This document shows positions 12,963 through 25,399 of a DNA stretch of 64,000 nt, in pieces (positions within the stretch are counted from its first letter, which is position 1; the number at the start of each line of letters is the position of its first letter). Made by a program: the position numbers and the translations under genes. This DNA is from the human T2T-CHM13v2.0 reference genome, Homo sapiens. Location of the stretch: NCBI RefSeq assembly GCF_009914755.1, contig NC_060933.1. The stretch is one strand, 5' to 3'. Below the pieces are notes generated by a model, which saw nothing but the letters and a program-made list of their open reading frames with translations, was not told the origin of the DNA and made no database searches.

Positions 12963-13122
12963 CAGTGGTTCTCAAACAGTTTGAACATCAGAATCACCTG
13001 GATGGCTTGATAAGGCACAGGTTGCTGGGCCCCTAGAGTTTCTTCTGCATAAAGCTGGGACCAAATAATCTGCATTTCTAAGGCGTTCTGGGATGGTGCT
13101 GTAGTCACACTTTGAGAACCAC
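12963..13122 (-). mobile_element. MER5A hAT-Charlie
   Basis: TIRs cagtggttctcaaa ... tttgagaaccac; internal catcagaatcacctgga and atctgcatttctaa. Confidence 0.88.
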
Positions 13123-13249
13123 ATAATAATGTAAAGTCTTTTCATTACTGCACTACTGCATTCTTACCATGGGGACCCCAAGTTATAAAGCTTGCATTTT
13201 GGATCCATCTCTGCAACTAAATGCCTGGAAAACCTTAAGCAAGTTCTTA

Positions 13250-13700
13250 TATTTTCAAGTCAGTCAATACATCTTACTGTTTCTTATTTTTTTGAGGTAT
13301 CCCCTCCGTTCCTTCCCTCTGCCCTGTTTCTAGATGGAAGCATTGTAACCTCACATTTGAACTACTGTAACCACATCCTTATTCTCTTGGCTACCATTCT
13401 CTGCTCCTTGAACTATTTATTTTTTATTGCCAGTTATAAGTGCCTCAGATGTCATTATGACTAAACTTTGCCCTTGTCTAAAAATGTTGAAGATCTCAGT
13501 ATTCAAGGCTTTTTCACGACCTAGATCTCCTGTGTGTGTTGCTCACCTCTCCTAAATTTGCATGCAACTCTTCATAGCTTATTGTAGTTATCTAATGGTC
13601 CATCTTTCCTGACAGGCTGCCAGCTGTATAGGGGCAAGCACCATGACATTCTCATTCACTTAACAAACTTGACCTGTTGTTGTTGCATCATAATACATTA
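13250..13700 (+). mobile_element. L2 fragments
   Basis: cctcacatttgaactactgtaaccacatcctta; ctttcctgacaggctgccagctgtataggggcaagcaccatg. Confidence 0.45.
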
Positions 13701-13759
13701 CTAAACAGATGAAAGTCACTGAACACTATATTTTGCCTCTTGTATAACAGTAACACTGA

Positions 13760-13975
13760 TAACCCTAGAAGCACTTAAATGGATTTACTCTATGCCAGAA
13801 TTCATTCTTCAAACAACTTTACACATATCGATGTATTTATTCTTACACTAAAGCATCCCCATTTTACGGGTGAGGAAATTGAGGTGTAGAGAAGTAACTT
13901 GTCCAAGATCTCGCAAGTGGTGGTTCAAGCATGCATACTCTGGAATTTGGCTGTAGTTCATTATCTTACCTACCA
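13760..13975 (-). mobile_element. MIR
   Basis: catccccattttacgggtgaggaaattgaggtgtagagaagtaacttgtccaagatctcgca. Confidence 0.8.
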
Positions 13976-14189
13976 TGACTGAGGCATAGTCCAAATAATG
14001 CCTAAAATTACCTGAAGCAATAACAATCTCTTGTGTGCCAGTTTATTGAACTACACATAATCACAAAAAAATTATTCAGCACCTTTTATTTGTAGGGAGC
14101 TACGGCAAATACTGGGGAAGCAAGCATGGGTGGAATACAGCATGTAAGGTGCAAGTCTGTCTAATCCTACAGGTGGAGGCAGACAACCC

Positions 14190-14375
14190 ATGTTTCACCA
14201 CTTTCTTAGTAATGTGACCTTGGGCAAGTTACTCAACCTTTCTGTGTTCCGTTTCTTTAAAATGGGGAAAATAAAACATATTTTACAAACTTTCTGGCAG
14301 GATTAAATGCGAGGTGGTATATAAAGTATTTAGCACAATGAAACACGTCATGTCTGCTTAGTAGATAAGAGCTAT
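14190..14375 (+). mobile_element. MIR
   Basis: tgtgaccttgggcaagttactcaacctttctgtgttccgtttctttaaaatgggg. Confidence 0.85.
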
Positions 14376-15162
14376 CATTCTAGCCCTGGCCTTAAGGAGC
14401 TTCCCATATATTCATCAGTAGACAGCAATTGGTAGTGATGCTCTTGGATTAAGAATTTAGCTGCCATAAATTTTTGCCTCAATATGTCTAAGACGAAATC
14501 TCATGTGTCCAGGATTGGCCCCAAAAGTATATAGGAGTGGTGGGCCATATCCAATTAAAGAGGAAATCAAACTTAAAGAACATAAAATGATTCATAAATG
14601 GAGGTTTTTTCTTGACCACTCACTTATTTGTTATTTATTGAGCAGGTGTCAAACTGCTAGGCACCAAGAATTCAGAGAAGAAAATAGTGTTTGTCTTTTT
14701 TCTCTCAAAACTGTTTTCATCACTCATGCTATATTTGAACTTCTGTTATTGACTCTCTTGACCGGTGTTTTAAGATAATGAAGCTAAGTTTAGGCTTATA
14801 TAGAAAACATACCAAAGAGCTTATATTGAACAGAATTAGAAGGCTTCAGGTTGGTAGACTTTTAACATAGCTTTTCCACAACTAGGCAGGTGCAATGCCA
14901 TCATATAAAATCTTTATTTCATCGATTCTCATCTTTCACTTTAGCAGCTTTTCAAGCTGCTCTACCTGTCATAGCAACAGTGTTACATCATGATGAGCTG
15001 GTAGGATATTACGGACATCTACAGTATAAAAGGTGGAAGTAGGATTTAGGTTTCTATAGATGCTATACTTGCTCATATACAAATGTATATACACGTAACA
15101 CCCAGAGAAGATTATAACAATATACATAATATAATCATTGAAATTAATGAATGGTAGATTGA

Positions 15163-15430
15163 TGTATCCAGGGGGTTGTTTCCAGGACCCCCATAGATAC
15201 CAAAACCAGATGATGCTCAAGTACTGTATAAAAAATGGCATAGTATTTGCATGTAACCTATGCATATCCTTCCATGTCACTAGATTACTTGTAACATTAA
15301 AACAATATAAATGCCATGCAAATTGTTATATTGTATTTGTGTTTTTTGTATTTTTTTTCTTTTTGAATATTTTTGATGAGCAGTTGGTTGAATCCATGGA
15401 TGAGAATCCACAGATATGGAGGGCTGCCTA
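15163..15430 (+). mobile_element. MER2 (TcMar-Tigger) element
   Basis: gtatccagggggttgtttccaggacccccatagataccaaaa..gatgctcaagt..aaaatggcatagtatttgcat ... gttggttgaatccatggatgagaatccacagatatggagggc. Confidence 0.88.
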
Positions 15431-15809
15431 CACTCATATAGGGAAAGCATATATATAAGTATACAGACACACACAAGCACACATTTGTAATCATCCAAAT
15501 TTTACCTCTTCTGAGCCTATGGAACCAATTTAATCTTGGTACAGCAGGCCCCAAGGCAACCATCAAACACTGCACAGACAACTGCTTATTGGGTGCTTCT
15601 TAGGGAGGCTCACAGGAACTTTCAAAAATAGGATAGGCGGGGCTAGATGAGAGTGAGTATATAAAAGACCATCTATGCAGAGAAATTTCAGCATTGCATT
15701 TTTCTCCCTATGAAGAAATCTGCTCAATTCATTTGTTTTATGGTATTTAAATATCAAAAAATAAGGTCCCTTTAAGAAGCCAAGTGATAAGACAATTTTT
15801 CATCTAGAA

Positions 15810-15978
15810 CAGTGATTTTCAAACTTTAGTGCATATTACTATCACTAGAGGCTAGTATAAAATGCGAGGTCAGATCCACAGGATCGTTTCTTGGGAGTGG
15901 GATCCAGGAATCTGAATTTTAACAAGCATCCCACTGTTCTGCTGCGTTTGATCTGTGGCCAATATATTGACAAACACT
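15810..15978 (-). mobile_element. MER5-family hAT-Charlie
   Basis: cagtgattttcaaactttagtg ... ccaggaatctgaattttaacaagcatccc ... ttgacaaacact. Confidence 0.7.
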
Positions 15979-17957
15979 AAAGTGTAAATTAAAAACAGGC
16001 AGGGTACTTCTCAGAGCTACTCGGTTAACAGAAAGGAGAACGAAGATGCAAGGCTTGTTGATCTGTTTGGCAAGAGAGATAGTTAAGCCACTTTGATATT
16101 GAGAGGCAGGTGGGGAAATTTACCACTCTGAGTACCAGCAGCAGGAGCAGCTATGAAAGGAACCACATTTATATCCTTCTAACCGTCAAAAATAAAATGA
16201 AGGAGTTGATGTCAGATATAAAAAGTGACCTGAAATCAGCAATAACTGATACGTTTAAGAATTTATTGAGATAGTCAAAACTAATAATTAGTCAAAACTA
16301 ATAAGTGAAAATTGTTAGCTCTTTTAGAAATTAAGGATAAATATCATAGGGTGCTGATATTATATAAAATAACATGTGGGAAGTTCTTAGAATAGTTCCT
16401 GGCATGTACAAATTCTTCAACTGTTGTATGTATTATTAACTTGCAATTATATAACTTTGAAAGCATTTGTTGGTTGGATCAAGGTTATAGGTCAGAAAGG
16501 CACAATAATTCCATAGTCCCTAGAGAAATAGGAAGATTCCTACTGAAGGAGAGGACAATTCAAGTGAAGAGCGTAAGAAAATGAATCTAGAATCCCAGAA
16601 ATCAGAGAAGGTGATGTAAGGCCACCAGATATCAGAATACACAAGTAAAGCTGATCCCCAAGGAGAAGGTATTCTGACTTGTAAGAGCTTCCATATACTG
16701 CAGACAGTAATTGGCTATCACTGATCATTCAGGTAAAGCCAAAAATTATAGGGAAGAATCAAACACTGCACAGACAAGTGCTTATTAATAGAATGTGAGA
16801 ACTCAGGCACCAATGACTCATGTTCAACACTAACTTGGAACATGAGAAAACACTTCTTAAGTGAGGCCATTTCTGAGATTCTGAGATAGCAAAGTATAAA
16901 ACCAACTGTATATTTACTTTCATGTCAATATATTTTATCACAATGTAGTTTTTATTAATAAGTTGTGTTGACTAACAAGTCAACACCCTAAACTAAGACT
17001 CATTGGTATTTATGCAATTAACTCAGAAGAAGTCTTACAAAATTCCTAAGGTTACTGTTGTATCACAAAGATGAAATTTTAAAAGGTCCAGAGACACTTC
17101 ACTCCCTTATAAGCTAAATATCTGGCAATCCCAAATGTATAAAATGGCCTGGAAGTGGGAAATAATAAGTGTTGGCTACTCAATGCTTTAAGTATCTAAC
17201 AGCAGATATTAAGTGTCTGCTCCAGGACCTGGTATCACAGCACTTGCAGTAATGCACCATCCCTTTCAGTTTGAGTGACTGAGTTACTCATATTCTCAGA
17301 AGCTAATTAATCTTATTTGAAATAAAATTCTAACATGTTGTAACCCTACTATCAACAGCACACTACATTGTAGCTTAAGGTGGTACAATTAAGGGCAAAA
17401 AGTGGCAGGGAGTAATCCAATGATGAAGGAAATGGAAAAACAAAAAAAGCAGACAAAGATTCAAAATGAGACTCTGAAGTCATTTAAGTAAATCCTGTAT
17501 TCGCTTGCATACCATTGACAAATTGCTGAACTCCCCAAGGCCACATTGCACTTTGAGACAAAGGGGTAGCAAGAGATAGATGAGAGAGAGAGATTTCCTG
17601 AGAACAAGGATTTAAATGATATGATCAATCTTATACTTTCCCAATTCTAATATTGATTCTATAATAATTAATGGAGTCGATTAATGAGGCTTTATAGTGT
17701 TAGATCAAGCTTTCCTCATATCCAAGCTTCTCCTTGGCTGTAAATGAGCCTTCAAAATGGGAGAAACACTCATCTTCCTGGAGGCCGAGACTATATAAAG
17801 GATGTGATTTCTCTGATATATTAAAAATTTAAGTGGTGGGCTTGTGTTAGCTTTGGAGATACTCACTAAATAAAATGGGACCATCCACCATGTTTAACCT
17901 TGTTTTGCATATATTAAGCAGTCTCTTTATACCCACTTCAGTAGAAAAACAGGATGG

Positions 17958-18092
17958 TTTTTTTTTTTTTTTACAATTTTTAAAAAATTTAACATTGACA
18001 TAATTATATTTATGGGTTACAATATGTTTTGACTTATGTTTACATTGTGGAATGATTAAATCAATCTAATTGAATCCATCACCTTACAAATT
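17958..18092 (-). mobile_element. Short L1MA 3' end with poly(T) tail
   Basis: attgacataattatatttatgggttacaatatgttttga..tacattgtggaatgattaaatcaa; degenerate TSD aaaaacaggatggttt / aaaaagctgatggattt. Confidence 0.75.
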
Positions 18093-18119
18093 TCTAAAAA
18101 GCTGATGGATTTTGATGGC

Positions 18120-18270
18120 ATCAGATTGCTTTAGTAGGAATCTAGGATCTGCCACTTACTTGCTGTGTGACCTTAGCTACTTCTCACTCACTTTCCTCAT
18201 CTTTAAAGTGGGGACAGTCTGGTGTCTGCCACACAACATTGGTTTTGGGATGAGATTAGTTGAGATAATT
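18120..18270 (+). mobile_element. MIR
   Basis: aatctaggatctgccacttacttgctgtgtgaccttag..ctttcctcatctttaaagtggggacagt. Confidence 0.8.
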
Positions 18271-19204
18271 ATGATCTGCTCTGTCTGTGTCGGCTAAGCC
18301 GATTATTGTTTGTCCAGGGCTGATTGGGAATACCTGGGAGACCTCTGCCAGCTCCCTTTCAGTGCTGTATGGCAGCAAGCTGTCCAGAACACACACTTGT
18401 CTATCAAAGGAAAACAGATCATTACAGAGAGATATTAGTGATTCTATTCTTAAACTGTTGGGTAAAACCACGCTTCACCATGATGCTCCAAATCCTCCTT
18501 AAAATACCTTCAATCTGGTGTATTATTGTGACAGCCAACTGTGTGCCAGGCAGGCAGTACCTATTAAAAGTTGTTTGGAGATTAGGGCTCAGAGAACAGC
18601 TGGGTACCTTTGTTACTAGCAGTCTGCTGACTCAAAATGAGGGGTGGGGGGGGAAAGCCTCACTGGGATGAAGACAGCAAAGAAAAACCGCAGAGCTGGG
18701 GGGAAAATAAAAACAGCTTTGGCCTTTGAAAACCGATTGCTCTGCTGTCCTGTCATGAAGTAGGTAATATGGGCATTCACAATTCCACACAGGATCTAAT
18801 TCAAGTCTTAAAAAAAAAATACAACATGATAAAAACCCAGGTCCAGGTGCAGGCTGTTTTCTCTTGGTACTTGGTTTGAGGAAGCATTTGTTGCTCTATT
18901 ATGAAAGCGCACACACTGCCTGCCCTCGCTGCCCAGCACCCCACCTCAGTCTCCAGGGCTATAGGAATGCTGATCACAGATGGGCTCCCACTGCCTTAGC
19001 AGAGGGAGATTCCTGTCTTTGTCAACATTACATATGATTCACATAACTAACTGCTCATGCCTTATGATTCCAGGCAATCAATGGTGAATCTAGTTACAGC
19101 TTAAGAGAACCAGGTGCCAGAAATATCTTCCATCTCTCAGTGCCTTTGGGCATTCTCATTCAGTACTGAAAGCAGCTTGACAAAGGAGGCAACATAAATG
19201 TTTT

Positions 19205-19300
19205 TAGTCCCTTTTACAGATGAAAACACTGAGACCCAAAATGTTCAAACATCCTGCCCATCGTCCCAGAACTAGTTGGCGACAGACCAGGAATCTTGGA
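19205..19300 (-). mobile_element. MIR core
   Basis: tcccttttacagatgaaaacactgagacccaaa..cctgcccatcgtcccagaactagtt. Confidence 0.65.
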
Positions 19301-20139
19301 ATGAAAACCTATAACCCATGAGTGAGCATACAGTGACATAGATCCTGCCAGAAACACTCCACATTTTCACCCCATGACAATGGACACTGTGTCCCTGAAA
19401 AGTTCTACTTTGGTTTGGGTCTAGTAGATGGTGCCACATCAGGGTAACACTGTACAACAGAAGGGATACAATTTTAAAATAAAGTTTTCCATCAGGCGGC
19501 TGCCTTCTTTTGTCTGAGAAAGATTTGTGCCTGAAAGTTTTAGGAGACAGCATCCCAGTCAGCTTCATTCTTTCTCTGATAATTTATCCATATGAAATCC
19601 TTGCGGCTCTCAAATCAGATGAGAAATGTTCTAGAATACTAGAAAACATGGTGTAGACAGAAGCCAGTACTGTTGCAGCTAATACAAAGCCTGAAACCCT
19701 CTGCATTTGCTGCTATGATCCCTTTACTTACGTTGTTAGTTGCGTATGTGAATTGTGCCTTCCATTCCCTTTGCAAATGTTCAGTGGGCTTGCACAGTGT
19801 GTTACACTAAATAGGTGTGCATGAATTTTACCAAATCTCATTGAATTCCTATGGCTTGTCTTCAGAACTATACATGTTACATTCCAGAGTCAAAAGAAGC
19901 TCAGTGATGGGGGTGGGGCAAGAGTCAGTACCCTCCGAAATGGGAGCATGTTGGAGACACTGTGGCAATGCTAGGGAGGGGGATCTCTTATTAGCAGTCA
20001 TCAAAGGTTCTTGCCCACTTGCACTGGCCTGCTGTTCTGCCCTACTGAAACCTGTGCAGGAGAGAACCATCAACAGCTTTAGTTGGTGGGAAGGGGAGGC
20101 AGAGCACTAGGAGAATAAACTGCCACGGTATAGTTGTAA

Positions 20140-20262
20140 AAGGCTACTGGAAAGTAAACACACCAAAATGTCAATTAGGTAATTTCATCATGGACTGATG
20201 CTTTCTCTCCTAGTTTTTTTATATTTTGAGGATGGATTACTTTTATAATGGCAAAAAAAAAA
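20140..20262 (+). mobile_element. L1ME 3' end fragment
   Basis: actggaaagtaaacacaccaaaatgtcaa ... gattacttttataatggc followed by an A-run. Confidence 0.5.
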
Positions 20263-22483
20263 TTACTTCAAAATTTTTTGCAGTGTTTCTATTCTGCCCC
20301 AATTTAATACCATCCTTACAAAGCTCACATCATGTGTGAAACTTATTGAAAAGTATAACCAGGATAATCTGCTAAATTCGTTAGGAAGACAGAAGATGTA
20401 GCTGACTTCAGTGAGAGTTTGAAGTGAATGCAACCCAAGTCATGTATAGTTCACTTGAAGGACATTTGTTCAGTCAACAAGGATTTCCCATCCCCCACAC
20501 CCAAGTCCAGCCCTTTCCAGTGGGCCCTTGTGCGTTTTATTCTTGTAAACACACTTCAATATCACCTTCTCTAAGAAGGGGCTGTTCATTTGTATGAGCT
20601 TCTGTAGGTCTCCCTTCTAAGAGATGCCTTAGCGAAGCTTCATGTGCTCTGGAGGTCTCGGGCCCTCCTCCCTGTCTAGGAGGCTCCTCCAAAGTGAATT
20701 AGCTTCATTTCCCATTTTCATTCTACCTTAAACCTGTGAGGTGTTTGTTTCCTGGGGCCACGGCTTGCTGGGGCGTTCAGCAGCCTGCACACCAGCTGCT
20801 GCTCTGCTCCCCAGTGTGCATCTTGTAACAACGCAGCTCCTTTGCTGGTTGTTGAATAGGTAGAGGGGCAGCTGTGAAGGGCAGAAGAAAGCTGATTATT
20901 TCACTTTCTTTCTTTTCGGAATTCTGCTTTGTGATCTTGTTCCCTCTTAGAATGTTTCCCGAGAAGCCCGTTCTATTTAGCTCTTCTCTTGCTAGGGAGC
21001 ATTTTCTGACAGTTTTCCAAAATGTGTATATTCCAGGCAGTTAGTTGGAGGTTTCGCACATATTCTAGTTAGGAAAGCTCAGCCTGGCTTTTGTGGCCCA
21101 GAAGCCCAGAATTTCAGCAACTCACAAAGAACTCAAATATCCTTATGTGTGATATTTGAAGGATAGGGCTTTGCAAGTCAGCCTAGAAAACGAGGATAAT
21201 ATCTCTTGGCTGTAGAACAAACTGAAAACTCATTCCATTCTGGCTTGGAGAACAAGGATTTCTCTCTCAGAACAAGTTTTCAGGGATGATAGCTAATGAC
21301 CTGTCATGTTTTTCTTATGATTTCAAAAAACTAAATTAAAATTGCTACTTATTTTTATAAATTATATGTGAAATGTATTTAATAATTTAAACTTACTTCT
21401 TAAATTGCTTTTCTTCAGAGACCTTTTGTCTCCTCTCACTTGTTTGACCTCAGTCTTCAGAAGCAAACCAAAATACCATTTCAGGTAGATCAGTTAGCAA
21501 TTGCTAATAAAGTGTGAGTTGCAGATTTTGAGTGTATAGAGTAAGTGTAGCTAGCTATGAGCACTGTGTACATGAGAAGTATCTATCACTGTGTCTTTCT
21601 CCATTCCACAGCTCTTGCAAACCACAGAACTCAACATCCATGCAACTCCTTAACTGATGTGCCTGTTTGGATATTCAAATACTTTCTAAAAAACCAAAAA
21701 TTATGCATTAGCTTGCAGCACCTACACTCTAGAAAAATCAACCCTCAGGGTCTTTTGGTACCATGGTCTGGAGTTGCTTTTATTTTCCTAGCTTTTGTCA
21801 GCATACTGCTAACTTGGTTGATAAGTGTTCTTTCTGTTTAATGATTTATGCTTCAGAGGGATTTGTATAGGCAAAATAGATAAAGCCATATATTTCCTTA
21901 TAGGACATATTTTAGATGACATTACTTTGAATTCAGAACCTGTGCTCTCACTGTGGGTATCAATGACTTCCTCAAAACAATTCAATAATTTCAAGGGCAC
22001 TGTCTCATTTGTGAAGGTCTTTTACAGTTAATATGACTACCTCAGATAATTACAATACTGCTTCTGGTATGCTACAGTATATAATAGAATCCAGTGTTAT
22101 TAACTGAAATGAAATAGTCGAATTTTTGGTAAATGTAACAATTTGATAATTAGCCACACATGCTATTATCCATTCCATATTCACATAATTGGTAAATGTT
22201 ATGCAGTTTTATCTTCAGTGAAAACATTTAAGTATCTTGTTGACTTTTGTTTCAGAGAAAACATTTTTAAAATTCTATGAATGTCTTAGGGCACTAGAAT
22301 TGAAGTGAAATACATCTTTTGAGCATACAGAGCTGACATCATTGTAGGGGTATGTTGAATATATGTTATGTATTTTATGTATTTTAGTAGAAAGGTGCTG
22401 TATGAATGTGAAAGCTCCTAATTAGCTTTTGTAAATCCTCTAGCTATGAATTGCTTTTTAAACAAGGATGAAATGATAGCAGA

Positions 22484-22524
22484 ACACACACACACAAACA
22501 CACACACACACACACACACACACA
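22484..22524 (+). repeat. (CA)n microsatellite, ~20 units, one interruption
   Basis: Directly visible. Confidence 0.97.
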
Positions 22525-23904
22525 TGCGCTAATATAATACTGACTCATCAGGCAGTTGACATGATGTGGTCATTCAATATCTAGCCTCTACTTTTAAAAA
22601 ATTATTGTTGGAATAGTAGATAGGAATATAGATTTAGCAAAGTGCTTTGAGATTTAGGAAGCATCTCTACAGAATGCCAAGAAAGTGTTAAAGAATTTAA
22701 ATGAGACCTAAAGGAGTTTTCTACTGGTGAGGCAGTAATTATATTAGAAGCCAAACCATCACATATTAAGGACTGTTTTGTGCTCACCATTTGTAGGTGA
22801 AAAGGCAATCTTTTGGAAGACAAAAAGAACAAACAGCCCATCATCATGTAGAAATGTAGAAACATTGTGCTGTTCACAATCTTGTTACCAATAATTAGCT
22901 AATTATTCTTTTTTACTAAAAGCGAAAGGATACATGAGCACTGCACATCATGGGAAAGGAGAGGTGTCATCAGAACAGGCTGCAGACACACATACAGGGT
23001 AAAGTTAGCTGGATTATTGTGGGTCCTGGTTGGTCAAACCATGGTTGCCAGGAAAACCAGGAAGATTTAAGTTATCAATCTAGTTCTAGTAGACCTATGA
23101 CTGAGGGTATTTATCTGTCTAGAAGGAAGAATTTTTAGTCAATGGAGGCAATAATTTTAGGCAAATATGGTTTCCATCAGAAAAGTCCAAAGGAAAAGTG
23201 TTGCTTTGGGAAATATGCGAAGAATGACAAAGGGACAAGACTTCAGCCCAAAGATTGGTGCAACCTAACCTGAGTTGACTCATAAGTCCATGATTCAATG
23301 GAGGACAGTAGTTCATTTTTAGTAGGCTAGTCAAATATCTAAAATGGAAAAATGCAAATAGATACACGTGTAAGATAAGAGACAATTAGGAAAAAAGGCT
23401 CCTTACAAAGTTAGCTCAAGAAAATTCAAAAGAAGCAGGAGAAGCCAGACTATTTCTAGACACAGAAAATATAATGACTAGCTCAGCCTCAACAAAAGGT
23501 CTGAAAGTAAAATTGGACTGGAAAAATAGAAGGTTCTCAGACCATACAAATGAGAAGTTGGGTGTTTAAGTGAGACAAGTGTAACATTTACTGCACTTAG
23601 CTACACATTAAGGGCTCTGCACACATCTTGATGTATCTGTGTATTATTCATCCATGCTGCTGCTTGGCTTATTGTGGATGAATTCCTATTTTTAAGGATC
23701 CGAGTTCAAGCAGTCAATTCAAGTGATGTTAAAGTAGGAAAACGGAAGTATGGGTGGAATAAAATAACCACATAATCACAACCTGTGTCTACTCCAGGTA
23801 CGGAGACAACTCTGAATTGAACGCCTAGTTATACAAACAGTAGTTATGCAACAAACAGCAGCTGTCTGACTTGGATCTATCATCTTACCAGGGCGCACTA
23901 AGTT

Positions 23905-24342
23905 GCTCTAGCACCATCTCTTGCCATTTCTAGACTTAAACTTTATACTCCAGTAAGACTAAATTGCTTACTATTTCAGAACTTTTCACACTATTTACCT
24001 TGCCTTTATCTTTTCCTGCTCGTTTTCCTGTTGGGCTGCTATTCATTCTTCAACTCTTCAGCTAATCTTCTGTCTCCTTTAAAAAAAAAGTCTTCTGAGA
24101 GCTCCTCAACAGTCTTAATTACTCGTTCCTTTGCACTGCCTTGTCTCTTATAGGCTTTTTTATTCTTGCTGTTTCACACTGCATTTTAATTTGTTTGTTA
24201 TGTAGTTATTTTATCCGCAGAGCTTGAGCTCTTTGGAAGAAACAGTGTCTTGTTCATCTTTGTGGCTTCATAGCTGGCATACAGCCAGAATTGCCATGGA
24301 AGGGACTCAATGAACTACCAATAAATTAGCGAATGAATGAAT
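23905..24342 (+). mobile_element. L2 3' region
   Basis: ttgagctctttggaagaaacagtgtcttgttcatctttgt..ctggcatacag..ctcaatgaact..gaatgaatgaa terminus. Confidence 0.7.
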
Positions 24343-24429
24343 TAGAACCCAGGAACTCAAATATGGATCACAAATGTGGTTGCCTTTAGTTCTAGCAAAT
24401 TTTCATGCAGTATCTGTAAGACACAACCT

Positions 24430-24670
24430 CTTAAAACACCTATTTGGAGGCAGATACTATGTTAGGCGTCAGCTACTCTACTAGTCCTTTACCTGAAGTA
24501 ACTCATATACAGTGTCACCAAAACCCTGTGAGAAGGGATGTTCTCCCTTTAGATAAGGAAGCTGAGGCATAAAGAGGTTAAGTAATTTTCCCAGGATTAC
24601 ACAGTGAATAGTAACTGAACTAAGATGAAACAGTGGTAGTGAGTTTCAGAGCTGAGCTCTCAACCACCAT
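24430..24670 (-). mobile_element. MIR
   Basis: agataaggaagctgaggcataaagaggttaagtaattttcccaggattacacag. Confidence 0.8.
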
Positions 24671-25023
24671 ACCACTTTTTAATAAGATTTTATGAAAGTT
24701 GGCTCTTCTTAGATAATTCTGAAAAATGAGTCCGGAATTTCATTTTCTGGAATGATAAGAGGCATTTTAGCTGAAGCAACCCAACATTTGTAATGGATTT
24801 AATTTGAGACCATGCCAGGACAGTTATCATGGTTCATTTAAGTATCCATTCATTAAGTGGATGGGGAAAAGAAAACCACTATGAGACCAGAAGGGGCCTC
24901 TAATGAGAAAAAAGAAGAGGATGTGGGAAACTAAGTATCTGAAGTATTGGGAACATATATTATACAACATTATAGAGACGTGCACCTGCTCATATTCATA
25001 AATTTTAAAAAAGCCTTGCTTAT

Positions 25024-25399
<376 letters not shown>

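Noticed and set aside
22930-23620. Possible L3/CR1 remnants (also ~16440-16740, ~26950-27090, ~33380-34000)
   Set aside because: Similarity too faint to delimit without an HMM search
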